The position numbers and the translations under genes were made by a program. A DNA stretch of 64,000 nucleotides, from contig OZ037766.1 in the NCBI GenBank assembly GCA_964035545.1, positions 5,384,722-5,448,721 of the forward strand, in the 5' to 3' direction. Under the pieces are notes generated by a model. It was not told the origin of the DNA. It saw only the letters and a list, made by a program, of their open reading frames with translations, and did not search any database. Of this stretch, positions 1-14,600 are shown one piece after another (positions within the stretch are counted from its first letter, which is position 1; every line of letters begins with the position of its first letter). The DNA comes from Bugula neritina. Taxonomy: Eukaryota > Animalia > Bryozoa.

Positions 1-407
1 TTACTTCTCTCAACCTATGACGATTGAAATTTTGTATTAATCTAGTATAAATTTACTTCACTTCAAATTAGTGTCAAAATAATAAATGAATTAGATCATA
101 CCAATGAAATTTTCTGAATTAATAAACTAGACTTTATACAGAAACTTGTGTTCTAGTAAAAAACAGTGCATCTGTGTATTTGCAGCTTGCATGAAACTCC
201 AAGAAAAAAGGGTTATCATAACTATTCCATTTTCTTCCCTTCAATTCCTTCCTGCCAAATTTATCATAGATTCAAAATAGCATCATATCTAATTTGAGAA
301 AATAACTCCAAGTTTTAAATATTTTCAAACCTGTAATTCCAATTTCTAAAGTCTAAACCATATAATTATATAACTTATAGATAAAAGCTATTTGTGTATA
401 ATTTTAG

Positions 408-809
408 ACTACTGAAGGTAATGGACTAGAGGAAGGTGAGAGTTTGCATGAGAATGAACACGACCAATCAAACTTGTTACTTAGATCAGCGGTTAGTGAC
501 GCGGCAGCAATGAATATGGCTTTGATATGTGCTAAACTTCTACTCATACTCGACGACAGCAGAGAAGGGGAGAAAATATTGAATTCTATCTCTCTGTGGG
601 TCAGCCAGGTTGTTATGTTTGCCATAAATATTTTGAACCTGTAAATCTTTTGTCATCCACAATAGGATAGTACTTGGTGAACAATATTAACTCAAAAGCT
701 TTTATATAATGTATTATTATAAAGAATTTGTATGCTGTTAACAACCAAAGCGAGTTGAGACATAACTAGTAGACATAGTAAGTGTGCATACAGACTAATG
801 CTACACACA

Positions 810-841
<32 letters not shown>

Positions 842-3800
842 CACACAGGTACATGCTTATAAATTATAGACAGTCTAATAGAAAACTTGATAAATTTATT
901 CAGAAAAAACTCATTAAAACTGTGGGTGTTGCTCCCAAGAGAAAAATAAATATTTACAATAAAAGCAGAAACAGATTGCTGACAAGCTAGCACTTTTTAC
1001 CTTGTGTCAGGGGTTAGAGAGCCAAAAGAATATTTATTATTTATGATAGTTTTCTTCAAGCATAAAAAATGACAAAAGGAGTTTTATAATGTTCTATTTT
1101 AGAAGTATCCTTTGAAATATGAGGAGCTGTATGTGATGTGTCACATCTACCAGGAGTTGTCCCACGCTGATATCGGCAGGCAGGATTTCAATCTAGCCTT
1201 AGAGCAGCTGCACAAAGCTCAAGAGTGTCTACTTGATATTAGTTCTACTAAAGAAGGTCTAGCTGTTGTTAGTGACAAACTCAAATCCTACATCAAAGGT
1301 GGTTGCAGTTCAGGAGATTTGTTAATTAATTATGGATTTCTATGAATTGGTCATTATTCTGTAGCCTACTGGCTGATTCATAATCCTGGTTGAAAATATG
1401 TTTATTAACCCCTCTCAGCATAGCAGTATTGGGTATGAACTAATTAGTTGCATCAACTAATCAGTTTTCCTAGAAATTAGACTCATTTTAAGCTTTACAT
1501 TGCATTGGCCACAAAATGCTACAAATCCTGATTTATGTTGCTGTTTATTATTTTCTGTAAACTTTGTTTGTTTGAGTTGTAAAATTTAACTGCAGATGCT
1601 GAAGTTTCATACTTTTCTATCAAGCTGCTATTTGTATGAAGTTTTAAAAGTAATGCTGGACTACCAGTTTGAGGTGAGATATTCTCTTTGTATCATGAAG
1701 TTAGTATCTTTGTGTTCCCAGCCTGTCTAAAGATAGAGATGAGCGGAACTTGTCTGATGGCTGGAGATTTGGATATGGCTAAACCGTATCTTGACGAAGC
1801 TAAAGTTGACATGGAAGAGATCCAGTGTATTCCAGGCACCAAATATATTTTGTATAATCAGGCTTTGCAAAAGTAAGAGATGCTTTATCTTACCTATTCG
1901 CATTGTCCTGTAGTTGTTACAGTAACTTGTAACTAATACTGTGCGGCTCTTTTACTTGTCTATATAGTTCACATTTCTGCCCTGACTTACTCAAAGCTGT
2001 AATACAAAACACATCACTTAATATTTTAAAACTATGCTTCAAGCTGACAGTTCTTTTGCAGGGCCGCCCACCAAAACTACCAGCTAGCCACTGACTATCT
2101 ACTGCAGTGTCTTGGATACTTTGAGCTCAGCTATGGCACAATGCATCCAATAGTGGCAGAGATTAGTCACAGTCTTGGAGTTTTACTCTCGGATAACAAC
2201 AATAAAGCTACTAGGTTTCGGATTTATATGTCTATATTTAGTAGTATTTCATAAGAATGTTAAATTAAGAAAAAAAACAGTCTTCTTCAATAGAGCAAAA
2301 GTATGATATTTTAGAATTCATTTCATGTTTGAAAACATCTCATTATTAAAAGAATGCTTTGAATTAGAATGATGATTTCTCCAGCAATTATTCACTTGAA
2401 AGATTTTTAAAAACATGCTCGGTGTGGAAAACCTGTTCAATTTTTGATTTGGCATTATGCATCATCTATATATATAATTAAAATATTTCAATCATTGTTT
2501 GTCTCCCCACGCAGGACAACTAAGGCGCTGAAGGGTTATAAAAACTGTTTGCCTAAAATCAGAGCAGATATAAGTTTGAAATAAAAGTATTTTCATTAAA
2601 TTCTTCACGATAGATTGAGATAAAATATTTTATTTTGCTAGTGTCAATACTTACCTTAACATAAGCATATATATATATAACTAACTACAAACCGTAATTT
2701 CAGTGATCATAAGATGGGTGAGGAGTACCTGTGGAAAGCCCTCAACATCAGACGTGAACGAGATGATGAAAGTCTAGTCGCAGCCGACAGTCTTTTCCAG
2801 CTCGCTTTTCTTATGCAAAAAGATGGAAGCAAATCCAGGAAGAAGGCCGCTATGGAGCTACTGCAAAACTGTGAAGATATTCGGTCTAATAAACTAGGTA
2901 CCCGCTTCACTGCATACTACACTCTGTTCTTCACAAGTCTAAATGCTGGACATGTTTCAACCGAAAAATATTGATTTGAATGCGTATTCTTTTTCAAAAT
3001 TTGACAAAATTAGCCTGTGAATAGATTTAAAAAGCATTTAAATGTCAAATTAAGAAATGAAATTTCAAGCAGCTGTTGAAATTCATACATAACACCTTCA
3101 AATTAGCTGGTTTTAGCAGAGCTAAGCTTAGATGAAACTTTGAATTTGTCTGCTCAGCCATAAATTTTTTCAACTCAATAAAACTTGGATGAAGGCCAAG
3201 CTGCATTGTGATATATAAGAGCACAATTAAAATGGTATATAACTCATCAGTCCTAAACTGTGGCATGTATTGCTTGTTTAAAATTTGTAATTGCAGCTAT
3301 TCATGTTACTTGCACACAGCGGCTTTGCATTACAAACATTCTATATTATCAACAGGCAAAGAGCATGAAAGCACCAAGATTGTTTCATATCTTTTAAACG
3401 ACTTGGAAATTTCACTACAACTGGGTCAGTTTGAGTTCGGGACAGCCAAGCCGATAGATGTACGGTCAAACCAGTTCCCTTTCAGTGAGCTGAGTATGCA
3501 CGAAAAGGCTTTGCTTGAACGCAGTCAGCTGAGAAGCAGCAGGCAGCGACCAAAATCATCATATTCTCTCCGACCCCAGACAACGTTCAGCATAGAACGA
3601 CCTCGGCAGGAAAGCCGTCTTCGGCAGGCTTTAGCCAGAAGACCTAAAACTGCTCCGACGACTCTCAACTGGTCACCTCCCCGCACTGCTCAGACAGATC
3701 TCAGAACGCAAAGTCCACAGCTTACAAATGATTTTAGAAATAATTTCAGTGAGTATTTTGTGCCTGAAATAGACCATTCTTCAGCAAACTCTACTCCGAG

Positions 3801-4293
3801 AACCTTCAGAAGTTGCAGCAGAGAAGGAAAACTGAGCTGCCGTTCGGGAAATGCGAATGTCCTTGAAAGATATGCTTTATTAAACAAGACTAGTCAGCCA
3901 CAAACGTTGCTCGGGGACAGACCTGTGGAGTCACATACTAGTCACGTATCATCAGCACATGTTAAGAAGCACAAATGCCATGAGATTGGCACGCACACAA
4001 TTCATAAGAATTTGCACACTACAACTCTAGGACCCAACAGTACAGTGGGCAGTGTAGCTGGCTACACGAGGCCTAAGGGGAAGACGGAGCCGGTACACAA
4101 GTCCGCTTGGTACCACCAGCCCAATCACTACGCGACGACGCACAAACCTCATATCAACCACAGGGTATATGCCGAGCGAAGGAAAAGGTTAATGCAGCAA
4201 AGATCTCAAGGGTCACCTACAAGGTCACGGTATCTCAATGACCACACAAATGCAATCAAACTCATTGCTCAATACGAGAGTAGTTATTCCTAA
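408..4293 (+). CDS. TPR-repeat protein (kinesin-light-chain/NPHP3-type TPRs) with long basic, Ser/Arg-rich C-terminal tail; 5' end lies outside the window
   Basis: Phase-consistent GT-AG exons 408-608, 1103-1298, 1722-1872, 2062-2214, 2704-2897, 3356-4293(stop). Helical TPR-like motifs YGTMHPIVAEISHSLGVLL, ALNIRR...VAADSLFQLA, IRSNKLGKEHEST. AATAAA signals follow near 4449-4518. Confidence 0.7.
803..846. repeat. Compound microsatellite (AC)n(ACGC)n(AC)n in an intron
   Basis: Directly visible; explains the VCVCACVRAC spurious ORF. Confidence 0.95.
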
Positions 4294-4598
4294 ACTTGTT
4301 TGTTTGACACACCATATAATACTCCTTCTAAACTTTGTGTGTAGTTCTCAGTTATTATTTTATGATATTTTTTCTGATATTATTTTTTATTCTTTTCTGT
4401 ATACATTCATCTGCCAAATATTGCCTTCTAGTAACTTTATTTCTTTTCAATAAATTATGATTTCAATAAATAATCATACAATTACTTTATTGATGAAGCT
4501 AAAAATTGTTTTAATAAAAACAAACAAATTTACAAATGACAACATATATTCTGTACAATATCATATGTAACATTAGCTGTTAGAAAATTGTAAACACA

Positions 4599-7405
4599 TT
4601 AGTTCTGCTTTTCATGGTTATATAAATTACCAGAACTATCTGCCTTAGGGAGTCTATGTTTCCAATATATGTTAGCAAATGCCATTACAAACAGTCCTAT
4701 GCTTATGGTGATGTCATCAATAATCATTTTAATCTGTATCCAATAAGGCACACCTCTTCTATTAACCCAAAAATTTATATCACCGTAAATGCACAGGACT
4801 AGAGCAAAGTTAATGCACATCATAGCTTGACTAGCGTCAGTTAGAAAAATTCCACCATTTATATATATCATTACACATGCACCCATAACAGTAACTAAAA
4901 AGTATAAAGAAGCATTCTGAAAAGGTATTTTCTTAAGAAAAAGATCACGATCTTCATTGCTATTTACTAAAATAAACATGGATGTCATAGTGAAAACAGC
5001 TAGGCAACCTTCACCTATTTTTTGTAGTTTTCTACTCTTTTTCTGGCTCGTCAGAAATGCATATATAATAAAGATTCCTGCAAGCCCTATACTTCGAGAA
5101 ATCATTCGATTCTACAAAAATCAAAACATTAAATATTCAAAAATTACTAATTTAATAACACGAAGATCCTGGGTAGTCTTAAAATACATTATTGTGGTCT
5201 TTTGAGGTACAGCAAAATTTGCTATTACTTTTTTTTAGCAACGAATGCCAGTATTACTGCTGTTTCTACTTTATAAGCTCTTTTGAAATTTTGAACTTGT
5301 CATAAAACTACATTAATATGGTATCTGTAGAGTATAGAATAAAGGCATTCACAAGAATAAAATTATACTAATAGTCATAGAAAATGAAAAAATATACCTA
5401 GTACAAAATGTACTAAGCAGCATATTGCAAAAATCTAAATTGGGTAAAATCATCAACAAAAGTAAAACTTAGCACACGAGAGGCTATTTTGCAACAATTA
5501 TTAGAAAATAGAGTTATCACCCTTGAGAAATGTTCAAAAATGTTAGTAGTTTGATACTACTAATATTCAGCTAATCACGATGCAGAAATCACAAAATTAA
5601 ATCCACAACAAAGCACAGCAAAAAAATAATAGGGGTCAAAGCAAGACAGGTTTTAATATCACAAATGAAGCAAAATGGTACTCACCTCTAACCATGATGT
5701 ATAGTTTAGCTTCTCATTTGTATATAAACTATAAGTCATCAACGCAATCTGAGCGACAAAGGCCATTGCACACTCCAATCGCTTTATTTCATAGCTCATA
5801 CCCATTCCAAAGAGAACCATACACACAATGAATCCATAGAGCACATTTGGATAAAATGGAGGCACACTGTAATCAACATACAATAATTATATTCAAACAT
5901 TGTGAGATATTAAAGTTTAACAGCAGTTGGTTAGTTTGAACTTAATGAATGGAGCATGGCTAGTGAATATACTTGTATATGCAGTACTTGAAGTATTAAT
6001 ACAAAATCAGAGTAACATAACTACAGTTCAATCGGAAATTTAATAAATAGTAATAATAAATTTTTAATGTGCACCAAATTGCATAGCATTCGTTTATGTT
6101 ACTAGATACCATACCTAAATGGAAACTTTGAAACAATCAGTACATAACTGATATACTAAACTATCAGATACTTTTCCAGAAATAAATGCTAAGCCATATT
6201 AGCAGAGTCAGTCATAGTAAAAAATTAAGCAATTAAGTGTAAGTGTAAGAAGAGGTTAAAGTGAATCACAATTAATTTGAATATAATATTAATTTCAAAG
6301 TAAAATCACACAACTCAAAGGAAATTCAAAGAGATTCGACTAGCCAGAGAAGCCAAAGGAGTTACCGTCAATAATAGATTAAAGTAAGTTTCTCTAAGCT
6401 GTGACACACAATTATGCATAACATACTTATATCATAAGTGCCCGACTTTACTGACACAAGCCAGATTGACAGGGAATGTCATTGTGGAAATCAAAATGAT
6501 ATTTACATTGCCTCTAGGTGTAGCCTTATAAGCTATGGCTCACACAAGGAAAATAGTTATGGTATGAGATCAAGTCTAACTCTAACTGTTAAAGCATATC
6601 ATCAACTCATTGATGTTAGGTTTCAGACCAACCTTACCTTGCAATTAACATTTTTTATTGTTAGTGCATTTGTCATTCTTACTATTACTATTAGTATTAG
6701 CACTACTATGACTATGAGGCTAATAAATTGTTTATCACTATAAAGTATAATTACCCTTCTAATTATCATAATGATAAAATATTCACAAGTTAAACCCTAA
6801 ACCTAAGAAGAAGGCAGTAACAATAACGCACTTACTAACAGTAATTGTAAGACTAAGTTAAGCCGAAGACTTAAGAGTAACTGTAATACTAACTGTAAGG
6901 TTAAGCTCAAAGTCAAGGGCAAGAGTAGGAGCAAGAATAACTAATAAGACTAAGACAGTGACTGCAAGTGTAAGAGCAAGAGTAAGACTAATTTAAATCT
7001 AACAATCAGCAAATATAAAACTAAAAGCAACACTAACTGTAAAACTAAGACTAAGAGTAAGAGTATAACTAAGTATTAGTAACTCAAACTAAAACTTTAA
7101 GAGTTAGAGTGAGTCACTCTCAGTCACATTCACTCTCAGTGTCACTGTGACACTGTCACTGACAGTGGCACTGGGAGTGAGTGTGACTGTGAGTGTGAGC
7201 ATGAGCATCAGTGGGGACTTGAACCTAACTATGAAAATAGGATAAATATATGTTTGTTGACATATCTGATATCTCACTTTTTGTCAGCTGGAGCTCTTTC
7301 ACCAAGTATTAACAATATCAGGCATGCGTTAATCATTGGATATCGACCAAGATAGAAAACACCTATATTTTTAAAAGTTTTTAGAGTTAGCCAGGAAGGG
7401 GCCAT
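4599..7405 (-). CDS. TMEM101: Transmembrane protein 101
   Basis: Exons 7405-7278, 5866-5686, 5111-4599 join in phase. Motifs YTSWLENRMISRSIG, KSRKLQKIGE, SNEDRDLFLKKIP, GDINFWVNRRGVPYWIQIKM parallel TMEM101 (YGDWLKVRMYSR, RSRSLQSTGQ, SKEDRLAYLNHLP, GNVAYWHNTRRVEFWNQMK) as recalled. Confidence 0.88.
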
Positions 7406-8617
7406 ATTTACTCTTTGTAGGTCACTAATAATGCTACACAATTGGACAATTTGTAGGAATTCCATTACGTATCAAGTCAGGTGAAAACATTCGATAGGCG
7501 TGGCTATTACGTTTTACGCGGCTTTAAGTAAACAACGTCCAATCACTGCACAAGCCTTTTTTTATAGTGCCAATTGCTTGTCCTGACTTTTTATTTCTAG
7601 TAATTTTTATGCCGAAATCTTTTTGTATGAAATAGTTATTTCAAACCTAGAGAAATTAATCTATGGTAGGAATTTATGCTTTTAGAGGAACGGCATCCCT
7701 TGGAATAACAGTTCTGATTTTGTTTATAAATACAATATATAGATTAAATGCTTTGCCTTGTTTCAGAAGTTACATGCTCATGTATAATATTTAAAAAACT
7801 GTTTTATATCATTGATTTTTATTACAATCTTGGCCGTATTCATTCACTACCTTGTTGTCTTACACTGCAAAGTTAGCGGCAAAGCATTGCAGCTTTTTGA
7901 TGGTATGAAATGAAGGTTTAGAGGCATCTTGAATCCAACCTATTCACAGATGATGCTAATTTTTATAATCTGCATCTATTTGATGAGCAAAAATCTTTCC
8001 TGAGCCTTAAAATGTAACCTCATGACTATTTTGACATCCCCTATTAGAAGAAATAAAAAGAATAATTTTTTTCTAGATAGCAACTAGTAATATACCAAGA
8101 GTTATGGTATTGGCTACACTCATGTTACTTTTCACTCTACTCAGTTTTATCATAACAAAAATATGGTCGATTGTTCTATACAATTCCACACGATTTGCTA
8201 TGATCTAAAAGAAATGTCACGAAGTAAAGTAATCTTTAAACTTATTGAAAAAGAACACATGACACCAAGTAACAGCTAGAAACTTGAAATTTTTTTATTG
8301 CATTTATTCCATTTGTTCATAAGATACATCATTGATTATTTTACGTACAAAATCAATGAGAAATTACACCCATAACATCATGATAAAATGTAATAAAGAA
8401 AAAGGTAAAATTGTAGACAGTACGATTTAGTAGCTACAATTAAAAAACATTATGCTTTAGCTACTTATGGTAAAAATGATATTGTAGTAACCGTGATAAA
8501 ACCAAATAAAAAAATGCATTTTATAGGCATTAGAATAAAGTTTCGTGAGTATTATACCACTGGTAGGTATATGTTAATGGGAATTGTATGAATCAAGAAG
8601 ACAATAGTGTCACCACT

Positions 8618-11600
8618 CTACAGCCTATCAATAATGTAGGTCTTAGCAAAAGCAAGCAATGGAGCACCTGTTGGTATTCCAGGGAAAGGACCAGCTGAAC
8701 CTGCCACATCCACATGAACATACTTGAGAGGTGTAGCTGACTGCTTGCCATACTAAAACACAAGTAAACAAAGTTATAAATACATAAGAGCAAAGTATCC
8801 TAAATATAACGTATATCATGAGCTAATTAACTTCACTGGGATTTCTAACCCAAAATTTGCCAACCAGTAAATAAAACGGAACCCGAACCTGATCAAGACC
8901 AGAGGCTAGAATCATGAAGGCAGCAGGGAATTGATGTCCTCTAGGAGTCTTGCTGGAAGGCTCGTTGTTACACTGGAGGACATCTTCGTACTCGGACTTC
9001 CCTTTAGCAAAGTCATAGTCCTGTATAAAACAATACACGTAGGTAAATGCATGCCCAAGATGTATAGTGGATATATAGGTATGTATATAAAGCTTTGCAA
9101 AGATAGTGCTAGATATTTGTATTATTTTCCATGCCAAATGCTGTCAATCAAAACATCCACTAAACAATGCTCCCAGTACGAATATCTGTCAGATGTATAT
9201 CGTCAGCAATTTGAACACAAGAAAGTGAACTCCATGTAAAAGTTCAATTCATTTAAGAAATCAACCTGCTGATTAAACACATAGATGTGTACTTGTAAAA
9301 CAGACAAACTAGCAACTAGCCGCTATTACAAACCTCTCTCATGATGGTGGAGAGTTGGCAGGGGTCTGCCATGTCTGTTCCGTTGGTAATCAGGTCTTGA
9401 GGAATATTTGCATCACATGCAGGTCCATTTCCCAGCACAGCCTGCAAGCAGTAGCCAATAGTATTAGAAAAAATGGGCCAATAGTATTACAGGAAATGGG
9501 GGGTGTGTAAACAGTATTGAAATCACGTTCCTGTATTAATACAATCATGGATTTATTGGTTAAATGATACAACAGCTAACTCAATATAATACAATTGACT
9601 TATTTTATGAGCACTTATAATTGAATATCTAATCATGAATTATTTTGAACTTGTGCAACAACGACAATAGAATAAAAATAACTTTACTACGGAAACCAGT
9701 AGATCTGATTGCTAACAAAATATTGCCAACTGGATTATTAAATACTGTAGTGATGAAATTACCCAGTAGTCCCCGTGGTGTAAAGACTAGGTTTGAATCC
9801 CAGTGAGGGGCAAAAGTTTTTTAATTGCATTCAACTAAAAACAAGGCACAAAACCAACGTATCTAAATAATAGCTGTGCTCTTATTTTAAAATCTATTGC
9901 AGAGAAATCAATGCTGCATACAAAAATTAAACCAATAGTAAATATTCGCAGCTAGAACATGGCGCACCACCACAACCTTAACACTTAGTAGCAGTGGTTA
10001 CTTACGCTGTATTGGTCACCATGAGCAATAATTACATGACCAGTTAGAGTGGCCCAAGTAGAAATTGTAGCATCAGGGTTGGTTTCCGTATCCAAAGCCC
10101 TTTCCTTCATCTCACACAGGACATCAGTCATAGCCATTCGACCTTGAACAATACGTTTAGTAGGTCACAATAACAGATCAAACCAGTACATGTCATCACT
10201 ACCAGTATGTCTACCCTTATCTCTGTGATCTAGGTTAAACATCGTAGGCATCCAGGTTATTTTGATAAAATCAATTACTGTTAATTAAAAGATCATACTT
10301 TTTTAGTTGCATTCACAAAATATATACAAAAAATCTCAACTCAATATACCAGAAAAAATGAATTAAAATATATGTGTTAATAGCACTGAGATTGACGTGA
10401 CCGTGGCACATGAAAAATCTGAAAGAAGAGTTGTCTTCTATTTTTCTATATTAATATATAGAGCTTGTCGTGAAAATGAAGATTTTTTTAAAAAAATATT
10501 GTGATCCTCTGGTAACTTCCTGAATTTAGAAAATTAACTCATATATTTCTTTTCATGTGGACAACAGCTCACTTTTTTTTAAATTTATTTTGAAGCTCTT
10601 TTCGTAAAAAATAATCAAAAGTAAAAAATCCAAAATTTTTACAAATTGGTTCGGGGCTTGACGTGAAAGGCATTTGGACGAAGATGTCAAGGTCACCATT
10701 AATAAATTTATTTTATCACAATTCACAATACTGCACAGAAAGTTAATGAAGTGGGCTGAAAATTAGGTTGCTAGCATATTCATATTGATATGCATTATAT
10801 TGATTGTTACAGTATTATTTTTTAAATGTGTTTTGTTATCAGTTATGTTTAACTTCTTTATAGAGCTGCTGTTAGACTAAGAGTAAGACATAATATTAGC
10901 AACAATGAATGATTCAATGATAATATTAATAATTAATATCACTTTAATATTAAATTAAAATTATTATTAAATTGAAATTCACGGTGACGTATCACTATCA
11001 CTATGAGTATGAGTATCGTGCAAATTAATTATGAGTATGAGTATCACTATGACATTAACTCAATCAGTGATTGACTATTACTATGAATATGACTGTGCAT
11101 AACTCAATGAGAATATCAATATGAATATGGCTTCTAATTCTTGTAACTTTTGACTATCACTATGATGATGCTGATAGTGATAATCACTGCCAGCCCAAGT
11201 ATCATACTCATAGTGATACTATTACTATTGTCTTTTAGTATTAATAACTAGTATTACTATTAGTACAACTACTAGTACTGTACTAGTATTACTCATAGTT
11301 CTGATAATGATGGAGATAATAGTTTTAAAAGTTCTACTTCTACTTTTATAGTAACTGTGAACTAGATTGTATATGTTGAACTCTACTCATTTTTTACTAC
11401 TAATGCTAATACTAATAGTAATAGTAATACTAATAATAGTTATAGTTGTTATAATGATAGTAATACTAATAGTAATAATAACTATTTCAATTTGATAATT
11501 TATGTTTTACAACAGCATTATCGCTTATCAATTACATTGGTTCATAATATGATTATTTTAATTTTGCTTTGTGTGTTTTTTCATGTTGTAAATTTAAGTT

Positions 11601-14600
11601 CGTATGGTTATTTAATGAACTAGAGAACTAGCCAAATGTTATGTACCGATTGCAATAATTTACTATAAACTCAGTGAAATTTAAAACCTAATTGATATTA
11701 CTATGACATTGATTGTACAGAGGTAGCTAAAATATACATTAAATTACCAATAATTTTAACTCGCCAATACACTATGAGTAGAACAGTCAAATGCAATGAT
11801 AGAAAATTAATTAGTCATAGCAGCCCGTTGCTTGAGGAACATTGAGCTACAGGTCTAAAATGATTTAGTTTTGTGATCCCTTATATAACAAAATAATTTT
11901 TTTTAAACTGGTTTAATACTTTTATTATAAACACGCTTATCAAAGTAACATGTTTTTGATGTATATTCTATTAAAAAAGCAATCACATCAGGTTTTCAAT
12001 TTGTATGTTGTACAAAGTTTATTATGATGACAAGTTACTAAATTATATGGTTCAGCTTTGTAAAGTAAAGCTGATAAAATAAATACAATTATGTAATTGT
12101 TTTACTGCTATATATTAAATTTAAATGAGTTGAATAATATCCTAGTGCATTGAATTAGATATTTTTTTTAGCTTTGGTACACCTGTTTGTTATAGGCTAA
12201 CATTCCACCAATAGAAGAATGGTGCAAGTAGAAGAAAGTTCAGGTGCAGAAAGCTAAGGAGCAGTCAGAATGCTGCCAGAGTTGTGAAGAGGCACTTGAA
12301 AAAGCTGAATTTCAATAATGACATGAGATTCGTAACAGATCACCCTGGTGTAATTGAACTGACATGGCCAGCAGAGTTCTCGAAGTCACATACAACAGCT
12401 ATTTACATCATCATGGTTAGCTTAAATGTAATTCCTATATCAGTCTCTAATATATAGTTTGATATCTGCTGTAAATTCGCTTAAGGAGCATACACATAAC
12501 CAAAACTGAGTTACACTATAGTATTTGTTCTTGAATATATTTACCAAGATAAGTAGATTTGCTAATTCATTAACAGTAAAATTATAATGATACAACAATT
12601 TTTCTTTTAGATGATTCAATCAATAACATAAGACACTACAACATGGTTTTGCAGTTATAGAGTATTAATTTTCTGGCTCTTTCCAAATCTTCATAGAAGG
12701 CAAAGAAAACCACCGTCAGCTTGCCTTTATAACTGAGTGCACGCGTCTTCCACCTACAGATGATGATTAACATTTTGCTGGTGTGGAACTTTCTAATTTT
12801 GTTTACAATGAAGATAGATTATAGGACATTATTCTTTATGTAAAGATTGTCAAGTTTTGTTATAATTAAGAACAGTTTTAGTTTCAATAAATCGGTTCAA
12901 CATTATGGACATCATTGCACAAGCATTTTAATCTTTACTATCTACAAAGTTATCTGATGGACTACTTGAAAATACAAAACTATGCTCCAGATACACAATG
13001 AACTGACCAGCAAAGTTAAAATGAGTTGGAGATGTAGAACATAATATCTTGTTCAAGGCTTTTCCCTGCTGTTGGAACCTTCTACTTCAGAACACTGAAT
13101 TGAACAAACATATGTAGATGTATGAAACTTTGCAAACAATAATAATGTGAAATTAGTTGCTAAGTATTACATTGCTAATAAATACAGCATTGTGTAATGT
13201 TTTATTTAATTTTTTTTGAGCCATTTGATCTATAGGCCTGCATAGTATTTACTATATTATAACTAATAAATTGCAGACACATTATGTCAGACCAGTTTCC
13301 ATTTAAATAGAATCGTGTAGGCTATCAAATTTGTAGAAGTAAAAAACCGAATTCTTATTGAGTAAAATACTTGCCTTTTTTTTCATGATGCCTCTACTGC
13401 TAAAAAGAGAAGTTTTTATCAATACAGCTCCATCAATCTGTATCCTGATGAAGCTAGTAGTTTAGGAACATTTGTGGGGGGGGGGAGTGTAGGCTGAGCT
13501 GCAGTATAGGAAGAACCCCAACATATGTAATCTATTCAGCACATTATATGTATATTTATTCAAAAAAGGATTTAGAAAATGCTTTATGAAGAGATGAACA
13601 AAGTAAAAATTAATGCTGGTGAAAGTAATATTATTACACCCATTAGAATTACTAGCAGCTATAGCATTAAAATTATGTATTTTCATAAAAATGTGTCTAA
13701 TTTATGCTACAAAGTTATTACTGCCAAAGGTTACAAAATTTACCAGTCACATTCATGCAGCTGGCGGAGAATAACTAACTTTCACTTGCAATAAATATTA
13801 TATAATATATTGATAATTATTGGAATCATAATTATATTTATTGTTATGATCATTATGATTATAATTATTTAATATTATCTTTATGTTTGTATTTAAAGTT
13901 GTTCCTTAAATTAAAAGTTGTTTAAGTTTTATAAATTTATTATAATTATATTTCTGTATAAGTATTAGTATAATTAAATTATTATAATTTATATTTTATT
14001 ATTTATATTTATTTCACTTTTTATTTCAAGACCAGCAGTTCAAATTGAAATTAATACTTGTGTCGTTTGCTTTATATTATAACTTACAAGTATAACTATC
14101 AACATAATAATATTACATTTGCTATTAGTATTACTATGAATATAAATATTTATATTAATATAGCTATCGGTATAACTTATAGTTATAGTTATACTTATAG
14201 TTATAACTAATATTATAACTATAAGTATAAGTTAAAGTATTAGTTTCGAAACTGATCCTGCTCCGTAACATTAACATACTGATACTGTCATATGATTATC
14301 ATTATGACTAATAATAGTATTAATAAATATAACCATTGAATATTATTAATAATAGTTCACCAATAGGCGATAGTCATAGACTTAGAGTGAGAGTCAATGT
14401 CATAGAAATAGAGTTAGACTAGTGACACTCATACTGATACTGTGATTCACTGATTTAGTTACAAATTTCAAAACTTGGTTTTACGTAGACAACTACTAAC
14501 CTATAATTCATCACAAAACGGTTGAAAATCATCATTTACTGCATATTTAAGAGTAATTTTCTGGTAGTGTGGTCGACATGATAATTGAAATTAAAATAGG

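Noticed and set aside
9442-9572. 5' part of ORF 9390-9572 as a peptidase exon
   Set aside because: The true exon 9441-9334 is in another frame; the rest is intron.
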